Origin: a virus
Virus record (IMG/VR): IMGVR_UViG_3300036851_000411
Coordinates: 18,134-82,133 of that record
Reading direction: 5' to 3' (one strand)
Length of the DNA stretch: 64,000 bases
In this document: in pieces, positions 8,368-17,981 of the stretch
Layout: every line of letters begins with the position of its first letter
How positions within the stretch are numbered: position 1 is the stretch's first letter
Translations under genes and position numbers: made by a program
Notes under the pieces: model-generated
What the model was told of the DNA's origin: nothing
The model's database searches: none
The model's input: only the letters and a program-made list of their open reading frames with translations

Positions 8368-9981
8368 ATGCTTACCGCCGCCGAGATCGAAGGGCTCCTC
8401 GAGCGGGTCCGGTCCGGCACCCTGACGCTCGATCAGCAACGCGAGCTCTCGTTCCTCCTCTGTGATGTGCCGCCGGCGCCGCCGGCCATCCCGTTCACGG
8501 ACTTCGTTGCCGAGGCGAAGCCCGACTATCGGTGGTGGGAGTGGAACACCCGACTCGCCGCGCGGCTGCAGGACGTGGCAGATGGGAAGATCCGTCGCCT
8601 CATGGTGTTCTGCCCGCCGCGCTATGGAAAGTCCGAGCTCACATCGAAGCTGTTCCCGGCCTACTACCAGTACCGCTTCCCAATACGGCGCGTCGGGCTC
8701 AGTGCGTACGGCGAGGACCGCGCGCACGAGTATCTGAGCCACGCGCAGGAATACTATCTCCGCGTCGGCGGCAAGCTCCGCTCGTTGCGCGATGCGGGGC
8801 TCCGTCGTGGGTTCGAGGTCGAAGGCCGAGGCGGCATGTGGGCCGCGGGTCTCAATGGCGCGTTGCCTGGCCTCGGCTTCCACCTTGGCATTATCGACGA
8901 TCCGCTGAAGAACATGGCGGAGGCGGCCAGTAAGGTCATCCAGTCGCGGAACATCAAGTGGTACAACACGACGTACTACAGCCGCCGGGAACCGAACGAC
9001 GCGATCATTCTCATCACCACGCGGTGGCACCCGCGGGACCTCGCCGGGCAGATCCTCGAGCAGGAGCGCATCAACAAGGACGACGAGGGCGCGCTCGAAA
9101 ACTGGCACATCGTCATCTACGACGAGACCCGCGACGAGAAGGAGCCCTACGACCTGCCGGACAATTGCTCGCTGGAGCCCGACTGGCGTAAGCACGGGGA
9201 GCTGCTGTGCCCCGAGCGATGGCCGGAGTCGGAGGTCAAGAAGAACCGCGCCAAGGGGACGTACAGCTATAGCACGGTCTACCAGCAGCGCCCGAAGACT
9301 TCGGAGGGCACGCGGTTCAAGGCTGAGTGGTTCCCCACGGTCGACGCCATGCCGGTGGATGTCACGGCGCGCGTGAGGTATTGGGATCTGGCGGGCACCG
9401 ACGAGCCGAGCGACGAAGACTCGGATCCCGACTGGACGGTCGGCTTCCGCGTGTCACGCGGGCGGCAGGACCAGATCATCTATTTCGAGAAGATGAAGCG
9501 GTTCCGGAAGAAACCCGGCGGCCGCAATGCCACCATGCGTGAGACAGCGGAGGCCGACGCGCGGGAATTCGGATCGGAGGAGCAACCCAATCGGCACGCG
9601 GTCGTGCAGTGGTGGGAAGGCGAGTCGGGGGTCGATGGCGGTGATCGCAATAAGGCGCTCGGCGCGGCGCTCGCCGGCCACATCTGCAAATTCGATCGAC
9701 CCATCGCGAGTAAGGAAATGCGTCACGAGGTCCTCGCGGGGCAGGCGGAGGTCGGGAATGTGCGGCTAGTGGAGCCCAAGCGCGATGCGCATGGCAACCT
9801 GCTCGATGGGGAAGAGGACTGGATTCCAACGTTCCTCGACGAGATGACGAGCGTGCCGTTCGGGGCGCACGACGACATCGCGGACGCGGCGAGCGATGGC
9901 ACGGCCAAAGTGCTCGACGCGCCCGAGCCCATTCTCGCCGAGATCGTGACGGTGGAGCTCAAGAGTCCCTTCGCGCTCTAG
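8368..9981 (+). CDS. terL: Terminase large subunit
   Basis: Walker A PPRYGKS, Walker B IIDDP, TRWH, nuclease motifs WDLA and HDDIADA. Confidence 0.95.
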   Translation: MLTAAEIEGLLERVRSGTLTLDQQRELSFLLCDVPPAPPAIPFTDFVAEAKPDYRWWEWNTRLAARLQDVADGKIRRLMVFCPPRYGKSELTSKLFPAYYQYRFPIRRVGLSAYGEDRAHEYLSHAQEYYLRVGGKLRSLRDAGLRRGFEVEGRGGMWAAGLNGALPGLGFHLGIIDDPLKNMAEAASKVIQSRNIKWYNTTYYSRREPNDAIILITTRWHPRDLAGQILEQERINKDDEGALENWHIVIYDETRDEKEPYDLPDNCSLEPDWRKHGELLCPERWPESEVKKNRAKGTYSYSTVYQQRPKTSEGTRFKAEWFPTVDAMPVDVTARVRYWDLAGTDEPSDEDSDPDWTVGFRVSRGRQDQIIYFEKMKRFRKKPGGRNATMRETAEADAREFGSEEQPNRHAVVQWWEGESGVDGGDRNKALGAALAGHICKFDRPIASKEMRHEVLAGQAEVGNVRLVEPKRDAHGNLLDGEEDWIPTFLDEMTSVPFGAHDDIADAASDGTAKVLDAPEPILAEIVTVELKSPFAL

Positions 9982-10015
9982 CGACTCCGGCTAAGGCTGT
10001 CGCGGATTTTCGATC

Positions 10016-10032
10016 TATGCTATTATCACATA
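10016..10032. promoter_or_regulatory. 17-bp palindromic operator, copy 2
   Basis: TATGCTATTATCACATA upstream of the portal gene. Confidence 0.7.
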
Positions 10033-10074
10033 ACTCGCGGTCTCCTCTCCACGGCCCCACCCGGAGTGCATCGG

Positions 10075-11520
10075 ATGTCCAAACGGCGGCGCGGCGGCAC
10101 TGCCCTCGACGCACTCGCCGGGTCGCCCGGCCCATCCGGTGGTCGGTCGAGCCCCTATGTCGAGCTGGGCTCCACCGGCCTCTCCAACGTCGGCGGGTTC
10201 GTTCGCGCGGATTTCCTCCCGCAGCTCGTCGGCCGGCAGGGGATCCTCGCTTATCAGGAGATGGAGAACAACGATGCGCTGATCGGCGGCATCCTCTACG
10301 CCATGCAGATGCTGATCCGCTCGGGCGAGTGGACGATCGAGCCCAACGAGCTGGCGACGAAAGCGGCCGGACCGGGCGGGAAGATCAGCCCCGCGGCGCA
10401 GAACGCGGTCGACTTCATGCGCGATGCGTTGTTCGAAAGCATGGATCACCCGTTCGATGAGCTGATCACCGACGCGCTCACGATGCTGCCCTACGGGTTC
10501 GCGCCCTGCGAGTCCGTGCTCAAGAAGCTTCCGGCGTCCAACCTCGGGCCCGCGCGCATCGGCTTCAAGTCAGTCCGGCTCCGCGCCCAGGATACGCTCT
10601 ACAAGTGGGAGTTCGATCCGGAGTCCGGTGACCTGTTAGGCATGTGGCAACAGGACTTCCAGAACCCGGTCGCCTACATCCCGTACGACCGGTTGGCGTT
10701 GTTCCGCACCAACTCGAGCCGTGGCAATCCCGAGGGACGCTCGGTTCTCCGCAACTCGTACAAGTATTACAAGCGCAAAGGGGCGATCGAGGAGGCCGAA
10801 GGTCGCGCCGCACTCCGATCGGCTGGTCTCGTGGTGATGCGGGTGCCGTGGAGCATCATGAACCCGACCGCCGGCCAGATCGAGCGAAACATCTTCGCGC
10901 AGCTCAAGACCGCGCTCGCCAGCATCGCCGAGGACCGGCAGGGCGCGGTCATCCTGCCGAGTGATCCGTACGAGGGTCAGCAGGGCAAGCGTGGCGGCTA
11001 TCAGTACGACATCGACTACAAAGTCGCCGATGGCCGGCGATCGGCCGACATGAGCACGCTGGTCGAGCGCATGGACAAGCGCATCGCCGGATCCGTGCTC
11101 GCCGACTTTATCCTCATCGGGCAGCAGGCTGCCGGTTCGTACGCCATGCACGGCGACAAGACCGAGATGTTCACGAACGCGTTAGGTGGGTACAACCGCG
11201 TCATCGAGGCGGAGCTCAACCGCCGGACGATCCGACGATGGTGGCACCTCAACGGCCTGCCGGACGAGCTGCGTCCGCGACTCAAGCCGAAGAAGCTGTC
11301 GAAAGAGCAGCTCGAGAAGATCGGCGCGTTCGTCGGGCAACTGGCGGCTGCCGGCATGCTCCCGCCGGACAAGGCGTTGTCGAACAGACTGCTGGGGATG
11401 GCCGAGCTGCCACCGTCCGAGGTCCCGCTTCCGCCGCCGAGGAGCGCGACGCCCCCACCGGGGCGGCCTAACGCGCTCACAGGGACGGATCCCGACGACG
11501 AGGAGCACGCTGATGCCTGA
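10075..11520 (+). CDS. Portal protein (DUF935-like)
   Basis: ELGSTGL, MLPYGFAPCE, GNPEGRSVLR, AGSYA; follows terL. Confidence 0.9.
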   Translation: MSKRRRGGTALDALAGSPGPSGGRSSPYVELGSTGLSNVGGFVRADFLPQLVGRQGILAYQEMENNDALIGGILYAMQMLIRSGEWTIEPNELATKAAGPGGKISPAAQNAVDFMRDALFESMDHPFDELITDALTMLPYGFAPCESVLKKLPASNLGPARIGFKSVRLRAQDTLYKWEFDPESGDLLGMWQQDFQNPVAYIPYDRLALFRTNSSRGNPEGRSVLRNSYKYYKRKGAIEEAEGRAALRSAGLVVMRVPWSIMNPTAGQIERNIFAQLKTALASIAEDRQGAVILPSDPYEGQQGKRGGYQYDIDYKVADGRRSADMSTLVERMDKRIAGSVLADFILIGQQAAGSYAMHGDKTEMFTNALGGYNRVIEAELNRRTIRRWWHLNGLPDELRPRLKPKKLSKEQLEKIGAFVGQLAAAGMLPPDKALSNRLLGMAELPPSEVPLPPPRSATPPPGRPNALTGTDPDDEEHADA

Positions 11521-11734
11521 TTTCGGCCGGCACGTCACGTCGATCACCCCGAACCACGAGGGGCTCGACGAGGACGACATCGCGCTCACCCGCCGGCATG
11601 CGCGCATCGCCGCCGAGTTCGCGGCGGAGCTGGAGCGGCAGGGCATGGACGAGAGTCGCGTCACCTTCATCACCGGTGACTACATCGCGAGCCTTGCGGC
11701 GAACGATGACCCCAAACAGCCGTGGGCATCGTGA
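11513..11734 (+). CDS. hypothetical protein
   Basis: Overlapping start with RBS GGAG. Confidence 0.5.
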   Translation: MPDFGRHVTSITPNHEGLDEDDIALTRRHARIAAEFAAELERQGMDESRVTFITGDYIASLAANDDPKQPWAS

Positions 11735-11925
11735 GCGACGCCGCCGTGCGCTGCCACTACGTGTGGGTGATGGCCACCACAGTCCGCGTGCAGACCGTGT
11801 GTGAGGACGACTCGTTCACGTTCGGCGTAGTCCACCCGGGTCAGGCCTTCCATGGCGTGCCGTACGAGGCGCTGCAGGCCGGGAAGTATGACGCGGCGAT
11901 GCAGTTCGTCCCGTTCGGCACCTAA
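11731..11925 (+). CDS. hypothetical protein
   Basis: GTGA-coupled. Confidence 0.5.
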   Translation: MSDAAVRCHYVWVMATTVRVQTVCEDDSFTFGVVHPGQAFHGVPYEALQAGKYDAAMQFVPFGT

Positions 11926-11929
11926 CGCG

Positions 11930-14542
11930 GTGGCGACGCTCTTCGCGGCGCTCCGGGCCGAGGCGCAGTCGGCAGTCGCCAAGGGCGCGGCGATGTACGT
12001 CGGCCGCCGGCTGCTGAACGAGCGCGCGCTCCGCACCTGGTGGGTGGCGAACAGAAAGGCGGGTGAGCCTGACCTCGATCCGAACCCGCACATCACCGTT
12101 GCCTACTCGCGCACCGCGGTGCATCTGGCGCCCGACGATGACCTGGTCGTCGTGCCGCCGGCCGCCATGATCGGCTTTCGCGTGTTAGGCACGGATCGCG
12201 CGGTCGTCCTGGAGATCGATGGCGCGCTCGCCCTGCGCGTCATGCACAGCGGCGATCCTGCCGGTCACGCTGGCAACGACGGCGAGGCCGGCGTCCTCAA
12301 TGCGCGCTTTGCCCAGTATCGCGAGGCGGGCGCGACGTGGGACCATGGGTCGTATACGCCGCATCTGACGCTGTTCTACCTGCCCGCTGGCTACGACTCG
12401 ACCGACTGGCGCGACGGCCCCGACCAGTGGCCGCCGTTGCCGGACTTCCCGCTGGTGTTCGGCCGGGAGCTGCGCGCGAACGGCGACGACGATGCGTTCG
12501 ACCAGCCGGGCGCAGAGGCGGGCGTCGAGAAGCTGCTGCGCATGCTGTTCGGCGGTGAGCAGATCGCGAAGGCCACGACGGTCGCCGCGCCGATCCTTCG
12601 CGCGACATGGCTGGCGTGGCCTGATGCCGAGTCTCTCGCGGACACGTCGGACGAGTGGCTGTACCACGTCACCAGCGCGGCCAACGCCGACGCGATCCTG
12701 ACTGAGGGCTTCGCGCCCGACGATTGTGAGCGGACCATCACCGGTGGTGTGGACGAGGCGCAGTCGGTCGGGCGCTCGTTCTTCACCGACCGGGGCGGCG
12801 TCGCCTACTGGGCCGAGCGCATCGGGACTGCGTTAGGCGGCGTTCCGTTGGCCGTGGTTGCCATTCCGAAGCGAAGCGTCCCGCACGCCGAGCACGACGC
12901 GTTAGGCACGCAGCAGGCCGGCGGGCACGCCGCGTTTTGCGTTGAGGGTCCGATTCTGCCGCGTGGCGTCGGGCGGTCGACGTGGGGCGAGCTGGTTGAC
13001 CGTGTTGTTGGCAAGCGCGAGACGAAGGTCCCAAGCCCGCCGCTCCGGCGCGGGTTGCAATGGCTCACAGCCGCCGGCCAGCGGCGCGCGCAGTCCGCCG
13101 CCGACCGCTACGCCGCAGATCTCCGCGCCGGGCGCGCCACGGTGTTCGATCGCGTTCTGCGCGACGAGCGACGGGATCGCCAGCTGCAGCGCATGCGGCG
13201 CGAGGACGAGCCGCCGCCGCCGACGCTCATCGACACACTCGCGGCGACGTACCGCCGACGCCTCGAGCGGCATTACCACAACGTCGAGCACCAGTACGCC
13301 GACGTAGTGGAAGAGGCACGCCGGGACCGCGCGGAGTGGGATGGGATGATGGAGTCCTATGTCCGCGACGGTGGCAGTCGCTACCTCGTGACGAAAGAGT
13401 GGGTGACCGCCGAGGATGAGCGGGTGCGTCACGCCCACGCCGCGCTCCACGGCCGCACCATTCCGTACGACGCGCTCTTTCAGGGTCAGCACGGACCGGT
13501 CTGGGGGACGCCCGACGGACTCGGATGTCGGTGCCGACTTCGCGTTGCGTTCCCGACAATCGACGGCGACGCGCTCGAGGAGTCAGCCGAGAAGTCGTTG
13601 ACACGCTCCGTCGGTGCCTGGCTCGTGGCCAAATTCCGCCCCGCGCAACACCGCGTGCCGGGCGGTCTGCCGCGTGGTGGTCGGTGGGCAGGCTCGGCGT
13701 CGGCGCGAGCGCACCAGACGCTCGCCGTGTTGCCGTCGGCGGACGATGCGGGGCATTACGTGGCGGTGCCATTCCCGCTGCATCAGCGGTTCGAGCATGA
13801 GCGGGCGTATGGACGTGCGATTTCGATGCGTGCCCGCCCGACGGTCGAGTCGGTGCCGCTGTCGGAGCTCCACGCCACGCAAGCACTCGTGCACCGCGCT
13901 GGCGTCGCACGGTGGATCGACGGCAGGGACGAGGCCGATGCGCAACCCGCGCGCCTGATGCGTGATCCGAGCGGACGCGTGCTCATCCAGCAGGGCCATC
14001 ATGAGGCGACCGCAGCGCGGCTCCGAGGGGACACGCACCTCGACGCCGAGGTCTACGATCTCGCGTCCGAGGCGCTCTGGAAGGAATGGGCACCGACCGA
14101 CGTACCTGAGCACATCCAGAAAGCGCTCGACGCCAGACTCGGGATTTCGGATATCGAAAAGTCGGAAGACGAGCAACGGCTCGTTACCGGATGGGCGCTC
14201 GTCTGCACGGAGCCCGACGGCACGCCGCTGGTCGATCGACAGAATGACATCGTCGATATCCGCGAGCTCGAGCAGGCCGCGCACCGTTTCATGGTGGAGT
14301 ATGCCGACGGTGGGATTGTGCATCTGCGCGACGCGGACGGCGAGCCCATTGTCGCTGGCCGGATCGTCGAGTCCATGGTGGTGACGCCCGAGCTCAAGGC
14401 GGCGTTAGGCCTGCCGGGGGACACGCCACTCGGCTGGCTCGTGACCTTCCATGTCACGAGTGACGAGGTGTGGGCGCGCGTGAAAGCGGGCGAGCTCCGC
14501 ATGTTTTCGATCGGCGGGAAGGCGGACCGCGTACCGGTTTGA
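11930..14542 (+). CDS. Head polyprotein: Acb1-like 2H phosphoesterase + ART-like + MuF + ParB-like + XkdF-like prohead protease
   Basis: PHITV/PHLTL; LYHVT..ILTEG..SFFT; KEWVT..RVRHAH..GCRC; QGHHE; DRQNDIV..H..IVES..FSIGG. Confidence 0.8.
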   Translation: MATLFAALRAEAQSAVAKGAAMYVGRRLLNERALRTWWVANRKAGEPDLDPNPHITVAYSRTAVHLAPDDDLVVVPPAAMIGFRVLGTDRAVVLEIDGALALRVMHSGDPAGHAGNDGEAGVLNARFAQYREAGATWDHGSYTPHLTLFYLPAGYDSTDWRDGPDQWPPLPDFPLVFGRELRANGDDDAFDQPGAEAGVEKLLRMLFGGEQIAKATTVAAPILRATWLAWPDAESLADTSDEWLYHVTSAANADAILTEGFAPDDCERTITGGVDEAQSVGRSFFTDRGGVAYWAERIGTALGGVPLAVVAIPKRSVPHAEHDALGTQQAGGHAAFCVEGPILPRGVGRSTWGELVDRVVGKRETKVPSPPLRRGLQWLTAAGQRRAQSAADRYAADLRAGRATVFDRVLRDERRDRQLQRMRREDEPPPPTLIDTLAATYRRRLERHYHNVEHQYADVVEEARRDRAEWDGMMESYVRDGGSRYLVTKEWVTAEDERVRHAHAALHGRTIPYDALFQGQHGPVWGTPDGLGCRCRLRVAFPTIDGDALEESAEKSLTRSVGAWLVAKFRPAQHRVPGGLPRGGRWAGSASARAHQTLAVLPSADDAGHYVAVPFPLHQRFEHERAYGRAISMRARPTVESVPLSELHATQALVHRAGVARWIDGRDEADAQPARLMRDPSGRVLIQQGHHEATAARLRGDTHLDAEVYDLASEALWKEWAPTDVPEHIQKALDARLGISDIEKSEDEQRLVTGWALVCTEPDGTPLVDRQNDIVDIRELEQAAHRFMVEYADGGIVHLRDADGEPIVAGRIVESMVVTPELKAALGLPGDTPLGWLVTFHVTSDEVWARVKAGELRMFSIGGKADRVPV

Positions 14543-14596
14543 GCATAGCTCGAGCGGGGTAGATTCGTCCGGGTTCCGTGGCACGACGCTTGACTC

Positions 14597-14613
14597 TATG
14601 TGATAATCGCATA
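14597..14613. promoter_or_regulatory. 17-bp palindromic operator, copy 3, within a promoter
   Basis: TATGTGATAATCGCATA within TTGACT-16-TAAGTT. Confidence 0.8.
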
Positions 14614-14683
14614 AGTTGCGCGACGTGAAGACACCAGCCGCCCTCGCCGAGCGCCCCATGGGCCTGTCGTAAGGCTCGATGCG

Positions 14684-15658
14684 ATGCCGAGCGACGCCTC
14701 GACTCCGACGTTCCTCCGGCGGCTCCGCCTCCGTGAGGTGTCGCTGGTCCCGCGCGGCGCGAACCAGCGGGCGGACGTGCTCATCGTCAAATCCGACGCC
14801 GACCCCGGTCCCGCCTCCGCGGAGCGCTCCATGAGAAACCCGATCGTGAAGTTCCTCGGTGGCCTCAAGCACGCGGTCCTCGCCATGGCCACGACCGACG
14901 CCCAGAGGGCCGCGGTCGCGAAGGGTTTTGGCGACGCCGAGGCCGCGCTCGCCGAACCGGTCACCGATGGTGGCGCCGACAACGGGGATGGGAATGGTGC
15001 GGCTGCGGTCGACGTAGCCGCGATCGCCGATGCCGTGGCCGAGAAGATGGCGGCGCGCTGCGCGAAGGCGGGCTGTGGTGGGATGATCGAGAAGGGCAAG
15101 TGCGCCAAGTGCGGCGCCATGACCAAGGCCGACAACTCGGGAGATGCCGCGATGGATCAGGAAGCGATCAACAAGGCGATCGGCGACGCGGTCGGCGCGG
15201 TCCGGACCGAGTTCACCACGGCGATCACGAAAGCGCAGGCCGACATCACGAAGGCGAACGAGCGCGCTGACGCCGCCGAGGCCAAGGTCGCCACGCTCGA
15301 GAAGGCGCAGAGCGAGCAGACGAACATCGCGAAGGCGCAGGAGCTGCTCGGCGAGCTGCCGGGCGATGCCAAGCCGATCGCGAGCCTCCTCGCGAAGGCC
15401 AGCCCGGAAGAGCGCGCCGAGTTCGAGAAGATCGCGAAGGCCGGGAACGCCGCGACGCAGAGCGCCCGCCTGTTCGTGCCCGCCGGCCGCGATGTCGCGA
15501 TGAGCGGCAGTGCGCTTGCCGAGATCGAGTCGAAGGCCGCCCAGGTGGCCAAGGACCAGAAGATCACGAAGGAGCAGGCGTTCGACGTGGTCGTCAAGGC
15601 GGATCCGTCGCTCTACACGCGCTACCGCGCGGAGAACGAGATCCGTCCGCAGAGCTGA
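14684..15658 (+). CDS. Scaffold protein with N-terminal protease segment
   Basis: LREVSLVPRGAN, then Ala/Lys-rich coiled coil; precedes capsid genes. Confidence 0.75.
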   Translation: MPSDASTPTFLRRLRLREVSLVPRGANQRADVLIVKSDADPGPASAERSMRNPIVKFLGGLKHAVLAMATTDAQRAAVAKGFGDAEAALAEPVTDGGADNGDGNGAAAVDVAAIADAVAEKMAARCAKAGCGGMIEKGKCAKCGAMTKADNSGDAAMDQEAINKAIGDAVGAVRTEFTTAITKAQADITKANERADAAEAKVATLEKAQSEQTNIAKAQELLGELPGDAKPIASLLAKASPEERAEFEKIAKAGNAATQSARLFVPAGRDVAMSGSALAEIESKAAQVAKDQKITKEQAFDVVVKADPSLYTRYRAENEIRPQS

Positions 15659-15734
15659 GTCCCGGTCCGACCTCGCGTTCCCCGTGTTCCAACTCGCGTT
15701 TCTCCTGTCACCGCGTTAGGCGAGGACCGATCCT

Positions 15735-16172
15735 ATGGCAACCGAAGGCGGCAACACCCGATCGACGCTCGCAGGCGTGGCCGGCGAGGACCTCAGCGCC
15801 AAGGCCGGCTACATCGCGAAGATGAATTCGAGCGGTGTCTGGGTGCTCGCCAGCACCGGTGAGATGGGCTTTCCGATCATCGTCGGCGCGGCCAGCGGTG
15901 GCGCCATCACGCTCGCGACCCCGGGCTATGTCGCCTGCGTGGTGGCCGGCGCGGCGATCGCCACGCCGTTCACGACGCTCAAGGCCGACTCGGCGGGCAA
16001 GGTGCAGGCCGCCGTCAAGGGCCGCACCGATACGTCCGATGCGGGCGCCGCGGTGGATCCGCTTCTCGGCTCCAACGTGCTCGGTTTCAATCTCACGGCC
16101 GCCGCGGGTGACCTCTCGGTCATCGAGATGCTGGTCTGTCCCGTCGGCGCTGTGCCCACGACTGCCGCCTAA
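15735..16172 (+). CDS. Capsid decoration/cement protein
   Basis: Ala/Gly-rich, between scaffold and major capsid gene. Confidence 0.65.
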   Translation: MATEGGNTRSTLAGVAGEDLSAKAGYIAKMNSSGVWVLASTGEMGFPIIVGAASGGAITLATPGYVACVVAGAAIATPFTTLKADSAGKVQAAVKGRTDTSDAGAAVDPLLGSNVLGFNLTAAAGDLSVIEMLVCPVGAVPTTAA

Positions 16173-16234
16173 CGGCGGACGGCGCTCACCCTCCCGACTT
16201 CTTCCATCCCGGTTTCGCTCAGGAGACGCCAGCT

Positions 16235-17233
16235 ATGCCGTTCGCCCCGACCCGCGGTCAGATCCACGTCGACCGCCTGCTGACGAACATCACGATCGGC
16301 TTCTTGCAGGATGCGCGAGCGTTCGTCGCACCGCGCGTCTTCCAGCGCGTTCCTGTCCTCAAGCAGAGCGACCGGTACGCCGTGTATGACCGCGGCTTCT
16401 TCTTCCGGAACCAGATGAAGAAGCGGGCGCCGGGCACCGAAGCGGCACGTGTCCACTACGCGATCGACAACACGCCGACGTACTACGCCGACGTGTGGGC
16501 GCTCGCCAAGGACATCGCTGACCAGGACCGCGCCAACTACGACCAGCCGCTGCTCGGCCCGGACCGTGAGGCGTCGCTGTTCCTCGGTCAGCAGGCGCTC
16601 CTGAACCAGGAGACGGAGTTCGTCACCAACTGGTTCAAGACGGGCGTCTGGACGACCGAATACACCGGCGTCGCGTCGAGCCCGAGTGGCCCGCAGTTCC
16701 TCCAGTGGAACGACGCGGCGTCGAATCCGATCGAGGACATCCGTGCGCGGAAGCGCGCGGCCCGCGAGCTCACCGGGTACGAACTCAACATCCTCACGCT
16801 CGGCCGCGCGGTCTACGACGCGCTGCTCGATCACCCCGACATCATCGACCGCATCAAGTACGGCCAGACGCCTGGCCAGCCGGCGATGGCGAACGAGCAG
16901 ATCCTCGCGCAGCTGTTCGAAGTCGACGAGGTGAATGTCATGAACGGCATTCAGACGACTTCGAACGAAGGCGCGACCAACACGTTCGCCTTCATCGGCG
17001 GCAAGCACGCGATGCTCACGTACCGCCCACCGGCCCCGGGGCTCTTCGTCCCAGCAGCTGGCTACACGTTCGTGTGGACGGGCTACCAGGGCAGCGCGGG
17101 CGAGCTCGGCACGGAAGTCAGCCAGTACCGGATGCCGGAGCTCAAGAGCGACCGCACCGAGATCGAGGCCGCGTACGACCAGAAGCTCGTGTCGGCCGAC
17201 CTCGGCGTGTTCTTCGCCAGCGCCGTCGCGTAA
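16235..17233 (+). CDS. Major capsid protein
   Basis: HVDRLLTNITIGF, FQRVPVLKQSDRY, LLDHPDIIDRIKY; size and position. Confidence 0.9.
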   Translation: MPFAPTRGQIHVDRLLTNITIGFLQDARAFVAPRVFQRVPVLKQSDRYAVYDRGFFFRNQMKKRAPGTEAARVHYAIDNTPTYYADVWALAKDIADQDRANYDQPLLGPDREASLFLGQQALLNQETEFVTNWFKTGVWTTEYTGVASSPSGPQFLQWNDAASNPIEDIRARKRAARELTGYELNILTLGRAVYDALLDHPDIIDRIKYGQTPGQPAMANEQILAQLFEVDEVNVMNGIQTTSNEGATNTFAFIGGKHAMLTYRPPAPGLFVPAAGYTFVWTGYQGSAGELGTEVSQYRMPELKSDRTEIEAAYDQKLVSADLGVFFASAVA

Positions 17234-17240
17234 CGCAAGC

Positions 17241-17948
17241 GTGCGACGCGGCCGGGTCTTCCCGCCTTTCGATCCCGCCGGGCCCTTCGTGGCTCGGCGG
17301 GAAGGCCTCACGCTAGGCGGGACGGCGTACCATGCTGGTGCGGTGGTCGATGTCAGCGGCGTCAATGCACGCCGCGTGCGGCAGCTGTTCGACTGGCGGT
17401 GGATCGCGCATCCGGCGAAAGCCACGACCGACGAGTCGACCGCGACTCAGCCGCCAGTCGGCAGCAGCTCCACCGAGACGCCATCGACCGATGATGGCCG
17501 CTTAGCCCGCGAGGCCGCGGTTGCACTGCTCGCTTACGAGGCGCCGGCCATTCGCCGGATCCTCGCTGAGCATTTCGTGAATCCTGAGCACCTCGCGGGT
17601 GCAAAGCTGATGCTTGGGCTCGCGCGTGATATCGAGGGATCTGAGCGACAGCGCGCCGAAGTCATCGACGCGATCACCGCACAACTCGCCGCGTATGACG
17701 GGAGCGCTGCGATCAGCGGCGACGGCATCGGCGAAGCATTGCCGCCGTTCGAACTCCGACCGACCGAGTTGGGACTGCGGGTCGGGCTCGGAGGTGCTGG
17801 GGACGAGGAGCCTAACGAGGATTCTACAACCCCGCCCAGCGGGGTCAGCGATGACCCCGAGACGAATGCGCCCAGCACGTCCCCGTCTGAGGACGCGTCG
17901 CCGTCCGCGGGGCAGGGCACACCGCGCCCACCGAAGCGGAAGCGCTAG
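17241..17948 (+). CDS. hypothetical head-associated protein
   Basis: Follows the major capsid gene. Confidence 0.55.
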   Translation: MRRGRVFPPFDPAGPFVARREGLTLGGTAYHAGAVVDVSGVNARRVRQLFDWRWIAHPAKATTDESTATQPPVGSSSTETPSTDDGRLAREAAVALLAYEAPAIRRILAEHFVNPEHLAGAKLMLGLARDIEGSERQRAEVIDAITAQLAAYDGSAAISGDGIGEALPPFELRPTELGLRVGLGGAGDEEPNEDSTTPPSGVSDDPETNAPSTSPSEDASPSAGQGTPRPPKRKR

Positions 17949-17981
17949 CGCCCGCGTCACCCTGCATCCAGGAGTCCGCGC

